Of a stretch of DNA of 64,000 nucleotides, positions 59,799-64,000 are shown in pieces; the first letter of the stretch is position 1; every line of letters starts with the position of its first letter. The notes beneath the pieces were generated by a model that was given only the letters and a program-made list of their open reading frames with translations, had not been told where the DNA came from and searched no databases. Source of the stretch: Lachnospiraceae bacterium (GTDB lineage: Bacteria; Bacillota; Clostridia; Lachnospirales; Lachnospiraceae); contig JAEEGT010000043.1 in the NCBI GenBank assembly GCA_016280465.1, positions 985 to 64,984 on the forward strand, given 5' to 3'. The position numbers and the translations under genes are program-made.

Positions 59799-60782
59799 AT
59801 GAGAAAAATAAGTGCTTTTATCTTATGTATGGCTTTGGTCATCGGATGTCTTGCAGGCTGCGGACAGTCCTCCGGCGGTTCGGTAAGCGGCAGCGGCCTG
59901 AAGATCTTCATGACCATTCACGATGATACCGATACATTTCTTATGGCATTGACAGAGGCCATGAACAATAAGGCGGCTTCCGCAGGGGCTGTGCTTGAAG
60001 CCGCTTCCTGTAACGGCGATGCAACCGTGCAAAGACAGCAGATCGAGAAGGCTGTCAAAGACGGATACGATGCGATCATCTGCCGCCTTGCGGATGCTTC
60101 CACCATACTGCAGATGGAGATCGCGGCAGGGGATGTACCCATTGTCTTTATAAACAATGAGCCCAGTGCCGACTACCTTAAAGCCGACAAATATATTTAT
60201 GTAGGTTCCTATGAGCAGGATGCGGGCCGGTTCCAGGCTGAATATGTCTGGAACGGACTGGGAAAACCCTCTTCTTTGAACGTAGTCATCATGGAGGGTC
60301 AGAAAGGTCATGCGGCAGTTCCCCAGCGAACCAATGCGGTTAAATACTTCTTCCTTGATAACAATGTAAAAGCAAACATGGTGTTTGTGGATTACGGTGA
60401 CTGGTCCGACAGCGTGGCCTATGAAAAACTTGAGATGTTTAAGATAACCGGCCAGCCCTTCGACTGCATCATCTGTAACAACGACCCTATGGCCATCGGC
60501 GCCATCAAGTGGCTCAAGGACAACGGATATGATACTCACAAGGTTTTGGTTGCGGGTATCGATGCAACCAGCGGCGGATGCGACGCCATCAGGGACGGAG
60601 ATCTCTTCATGACGGTATTACAGGATACCGTAGGTCAGGGCGAAGCGGCTATAGAGAGTGCCATCACTCTTGCAAAAGGAAAATCGGTTTCTACCCTGGC
60701 AGGTGCCACCGAAGATCTTAAATATGTGTGGGTACCCTTCGTACCTATAAATTCAGCCAATATCGATCAGTACATTCATTAA
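59799..60782 (+). CDS. Sugar-binding lipoprotein (RbsB/MglB-like; start moved to ATG 59799)
   Basis: LAGC lipobox, YDAII, CNNDPMAIGA, VAGIDAT, TVLQD; AGGAGG RBS. Confidence 0.9.
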   Translation: MRKISAFILCMALVIGCLAGCGQSSGGSVSGSGLKIFMTIHDDTDTFLMALTEAMNNKAASAGAVLEAASCNGDATVQRQQIEKAVKDGYDAIICRLADASTILQMEIAAGDVPIVFINNEPSADYLKADKYIYVGSYEQDAGRFQAEYVWNGLGKPSSLNVVIMEGQKGHAAVPQRTNAVKYFFLDNNVKANMVFVDYGDWSDSVAYEKLEMFKITGQPFDCIICNNDPMAIGAIKWLKDNGYDTHKVLVAGIDATSGGCDAIRDGDLFMTVLQDTVGQGEAAIESAITLAKGKSVSTLAGATEDLKYVWVPFVPINSANIDQYIH

Positions 60783-60793
60783 AGAAATCGTTA

Positions 60794-60835
60794 CAGCACC
60801 CGGAGGAAGCGACATTTCCTCCGGGTGTTATATTT
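60794..60835 (+). terminator. Terminator after MCP-binding protein pair
   Basis: GCACCCGGAGGAA...TTCCTCCGGGTGT stem. Confidence 0.75.
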
Positions 60836-60866
60836 CAAAAAAAGAAATTTACTCTTTTTTTATAAT

Positions 60867-60902
60867 TACTATCTTGCATTACAATATAGCATGTGATACA
60901 AT
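60867..60902 (+). promoter_or_regulatory. SigA promoter with overlapping palindrome (candidate PadR operator)
   Basis: TTGCAT-17 nt-TACAAT with TG extension; imperfect palindrome TACTATCTTGCATTACAATATAGCA over the -35. Confidence 0.6.
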
Positions 60903-60989
60903 CCATCATGTAAACAGGAAACCACAGATGTCCGAAACCGTTCTTTTTCGGTAAGAAGGGACATCCTCTATAAAGAAAGGAGTAGGGTA

Positions 60990-61298
60990 TTGAACGCACA
61001 ATTTAAAAAGGGAGCCCTTGAGCTTTGCGTACTGTCAATGCTCACCGACGGCGACCGCTACGGGTATGAACTGACCGATGCCATATCGGAAAAAATGGAG
61101 ATCGCATCCGGAACTTTGTATCTGGTACTCAGGAGACTTAAGGAAGAAAATCTTGTGACCACCTATTTGAGAGAATCCGAGAACGGTCCCGCAAGAAAGT
61201 ACTATCATCTTACGGATGAGGGTAGAAACTATCAGGGACAGCTTAAGAGCGACTGGCTTGGATTTGTAAGAGCCGTTGCAGGTATCGTGGGTGAATAA
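60990..61298 (+). CDS. PadR-family transcriptional regulator
   Basis: QFKKGALELCVL, YGYE, GTLY, GPARKYY. Confidence 0.93.
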   Translation: MNAQFKKGALELCVLSMLTDGDRYGYELTDAISEKMEIASGTLYLVLRRLKEENLVTTYLRESENGPARKYYHLTDEGRNYQGQLKSDWLGFVRAVAGIVGE

Positions 61299-61308
61299 GG
61301 AGGACAGC

Positions 61309-62640
61309 ATGAACAGACAGGAATACATGGACGCACTTTCCAAAGCGCTTGAGAGCTTTGGCAGTGACATTAAGGATGAGATAATCAGCGATTACGAGGA
61401 ACACTTCAATGACGGCCTTGCAAACGGCAAGACCGAGGAGCAGATCATCGCAGAGCTGGGAAGCATTGAGGATCTCGTACGCGAACTTAAGGATCTTAAG
61501 GACGACAACACTTCCGACAACGGAAGATCCTTTGAGAATTTTGAAAAAGAAGCAAAGAAGACCTTCGACGATTTCTCCAAGGCCTTCGCAAGCTTTATCG
61601 GTTCCATGGCAGCAGGCGTTACCAACGGAGCACAGAAGTTTACCGACAGCGCTTCCGGTTACGCAAGCAATATGGCAGACAGCCTTTCGGGAAGTTTTGG
61701 TAAGGCAGCTGAGAGCTTCGGCAAGGCAGCGGATGCTTTTGCGGACAAGTCCGTACAGTTTGCAAAGGATGTGGCTGAGAGCTACAAAAATAACAGAAAC
61801 GAAAGCACCTGTGAAAGGAAGTGCGATGCCGAAAAAGGCGAAGATAATTCTGCTGATGCGGAAGACATCGTAATGAGTGTTTCTTATTCCGATGTCAACG
61901 AGATCTCCGTTGAGACCGACTGCGCAGATATCATTGTTGAGCCCTCCGAGGACGGCTGCGTGCACTTTGACTGCGACTACGATGCTACTCCCAGTCAGAA
62001 GCTTGCTTACAGGATCGAATACGGCTGTGAAGACGGCAAGGCTTATGCATATATCAAAAAGAAAAGCAGCGTATCAAGCTTCTTTAAGAAGATCACCGGC
62101 CCCGAAGCAATTTACGTTAAGCTTCCCGGCAGTGTGGACAAGGTTAAGCTTGCTTCCCTTTCCGGCGATGTGGAACTTTCCGATGTGACTCTCGATAAGA
62201 GGGCCGATATCAGCACCATGAGCGGCGATGTTATCCTTAACAACTTAAGTGTTCGGGATATCTACGCTTCCACCATGAGCGGTGATGTAGATGCTGTCAA
62301 CCTTACCTCCGGCATTGCCGAACTTAAGACCATGAGCGGTGATGTGGAGATCGACGGCAACGTGATCAATGTGAACACCCAGTCCACCAGCGGCGATGTT
62401 AAGGCCAAGATCGCAGGTGCAAGAAAGGTTAAGACTGTAAGCGTATCCGGTGACGTCAATGCGGTACTTGAAGGGATTGACGGATACAGTGCAACCGTAG
62501 ACACCAAGAGCGGCGACATCAATCTGTACTTTGGCGCAGAATCCCATGAGGATGTTAAGCGCGGAAGCTACACCTTCGGAACAGGTGCCTGCGAAGTGAC
62601 CGCCACCAGCGTATCCGGTGATGTGGTTGTGGAAGCTTAA
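61309..62640 (+). CDS. DUF1700 (HAAS) + DUF4097 beta-repeat protein (start moved to ATG 61309)
   Basis: DYEEHF...GKTEEQIIAELG N-terminus; repeated (T/S)xSGD(V/I) motifs; AGGAGG RBS. Confidence 0.85.
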   Translation: MNRQEYMDALSKALESFGSDIKDEIISDYEEHFNDGLANGKTEEQIIAELGSIEDLVRELKDLKDDNTSDNGRSFENFEKEAKKTFDDFSKAFASFIGSMAAGVTNGAQKFTDSASGYASNMADSLSGSFGKAAESFGKAADAFADKSVQFAKDVAESYKNNRNESTCERKCDAEKGEDNSADAEDIVMSVSYSDVNEISVETDCADIIVEPSEDGCVHFDCDYDATPSQKLAYRIEYGCEDGKAYAYIKKKSSVSSFFKKITGPEAIYVKLPGSVDKVKLASLSGDVELSDVTLDKRADISTMSGDVILNNLSVRDIYASTMSGDVDAVNLTSGIAELKTMSGDVEIDGNVINVNTQSTSGDVKAKIAGARKVKTVSVSGDVNAVLEGIDGYSATVDTKSGDINLYFGAESHEDVKRGSYTFGTGACEVTATSVSGDVVVEA

Positions 62641-62665
62641 GACAGCTTAGATATATAGTTAGAAT

Positions 62666-62709
62666 AGACCCCGTGCATGCAGGATCCTGCAAGGCATGGG
62701 GTCTTTTTT
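62666..62709 (+). terminator. Intrinsic terminator
   Basis: AGACCCCGTGC...GCATGGGGTCT followed by T tract. Confidence 0.8.
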
Positions 62710-62874
62710 ATGGAGAAAAATGTTTTTCTTTCTAGTTTGAAGAAAAAATGGGAGCAATTAACAATAAATTATCAATCAATTCACTGCATTTTTTGAATTG
62801 TTGTGGCAATTCCCGAGCATTTGTGATAATATTTATATGTTATTCAATAACTTATCCTTTGGGAGGGAAACACC

Positions 62875-64000
62875 ATGTCAGACATCAAGACCAAGACAAA
62901 GAAAAAAGGCGTGGTCAACATGCGATTCACCCTGATCATGTTCGCATTGTTGCCTATGCTGCTTGCCACCGTTATCGTAGCGGTAATGATCATCAGAAAA
63001 TCATCAAGCGAAATGAACAATCAGACCGGTAATTCGCTGGTTACCATCATTGAAGGAACAGGTACTTCCTTCGATTTTGCAACGGCAAGAGCGAAGGAGA
63101 CACTTAAGGCCTTCTCCACCGCACCCATTGTTACGGAAGCACTCCTGCATCCCGACGATCCCGAAGTAATTGCAGCTGCCAACAAATATACCAACGACTT
63201 CTTTGCAGGCCTGTCCGGATGGGAAGGACTGTATTTGGCCGACTGGAACACCAAGGTTCTTACCCACCAGGTTCCGGCGGTTATCGGCAGAGTTCTGAGA
63301 GAGGGAGATTCCCTTGCAAGTCTTCGTAATTCCATGCTGACCGCAGATGGAGTATTTAACACAGGTATCATCACATCTCCCGCATCCGGAATGCTTACCC
63401 AGTCGTTCTACTGCCCCGTAATGTATAACGGACAACCCATCGGCTTTGTGGGCGGCGGTACCTTCGTCAACGATATCGCAGCACAGATTTCTGATGTATC
63501 CGGTCTTGGATTAAAGACAGCATATATTTATTTCGTAGACAAAGTGGGCACCATGCTTTATCACCCCGATGAGAGCAAGATCGGAAACCCCGTTGAAAAC
63601 GCAGCCGTTAAGGGACTTGTTGCAAGACTCGCAGCCGGTGAACATCCCGCTCCCGCCTGCATCAGTTACGTATTCAAGGGTGCCAACAAGTATGCGGCAT
63701 ACTATGTAGGTGAGAATGAAAATTACATCGCAGTTCTTACCGCGGATGAAAAAGAAATAATGGACGGCATCAATGCTACCAAGCAGACCACCTTTATCAT
63801 CGCCATTGTCTGCATAATCGTATTCATGGCCATTTCCCTTTTCGTAGAAAGAAAAGTTTCGGTACCTCTTAACCGTGTATCCGCTGCCATCGAAGTACTC
63901 AGTACCGGCGATCTTACCGTTGATTGCGATGCTACGTCTCATATCAACGAAACCGCAAGTATCATAGCTGCCTTTAAGGATTTAAAGGACGGCCTGAGAA
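62875..64000 (+). CDS. Probable methyl-accepting chemotaxis protein, 3'-truncated by window edge (absent from ORF track)
   Basis: GGGAGG RBS, ATG 62875; MSDIKTK...TM1, Cache-like YFVDKVGTMLYHPDESKIG, TM2, HAMP PL...GDLT; no stop seen before 64000. Confidence 0.8.
   Translation, partial: MSDIKTKTKKKGVVNMRFTLIMFALLPMLLATVIVAVMIIRKSSSEMNNQTGNSLVTIIEGTGTSFDFATARAKETLKAFSTAPIVTEALLHPDDPEVIAAANKYTNDFFAGLSGWEGLYLADWNTKVLTHQVPAVIGRVLREGDSLASLRNSMLTADGVFNTGIITSPASGMLTQSFYCPVMYNGQPIGFVGGGTFVNDIAAQISDVSGLGLKTAYIYFVDKVGTMLYHPDESKIGNPVENAAVKGLVARLAAGEHPAPACISYVFKGANKYAAYYVGENENYIAVLTADEKEIMDGINATKQTTFIIAIVCIIVFMAISLFVERKVSVPLNRVSAAIEVLSTGDLTVDCDATSHINETASIIAAFKDLKDGLR

Noticed and set aside
62155-62625. 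Recurring AGCGGCGATG/TCCGGTGATG DNA repeats
   Set aside because: They encode the SGDV beta-repeats of DUF4097; not CRISPR
62748-63032. 94-aa ORF in the track
   Set aside because: Overlaps out of frame with the MCP-like gene starting at 62875, which has the RBS and domain motifs

Overview
64-kb window of an ordinary-looking chromosome segment from a motile, monoderm Firmicute. The gene content and order suggest Clostridia, probably Lachnospiraceae (inference). About 55 CDS and one tRNA-Lys(CTT) are present; I saw no CRISPR array, IS, integrase or prophage. Main blocks: c-di-GMP EAL protein, rlmI-like methylase and a small surface-protein islet; pyrR-uracil permease with a PyrR attenuator; ilvE, hybrid kinase, rsmA, tatD; TPR/acidic protein and glgB; a sigma28-type unit (FliK-like 909-aa protein, flagellin, fliS); a complete ~9-kb Tad/Flp pilus locus whose 57-aa Flp pilin is missing from the ORF track; murG, pgi, lyase and two multi-TM proteins; the yaaR-holB-ricT-trmN6 cluster with a guanylate-kinase-like gene where tmk usually sits; ABC transporter; araB-like/araD/split transketolase; MCP plus orphan sugar-binding lipoprotein; PadR-DUF1700/DUF4097; a truncated MCP. 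The strongest candidate for a new system is inside the Tad operon. A 29-bp inverted repeat (30866-30894/30990-31018) starts at one gene's stop codon and ends 5 nt before the SD-less start of a TadE pseudopilin, so folding would place a distant GGAGG 9 nt from that ATG. The same pseudopilin carries two tandem H/C metal-binding modules resembling DNA-binding Ada-Zn-like domains. All product calls come from motif recognition, not database searches.
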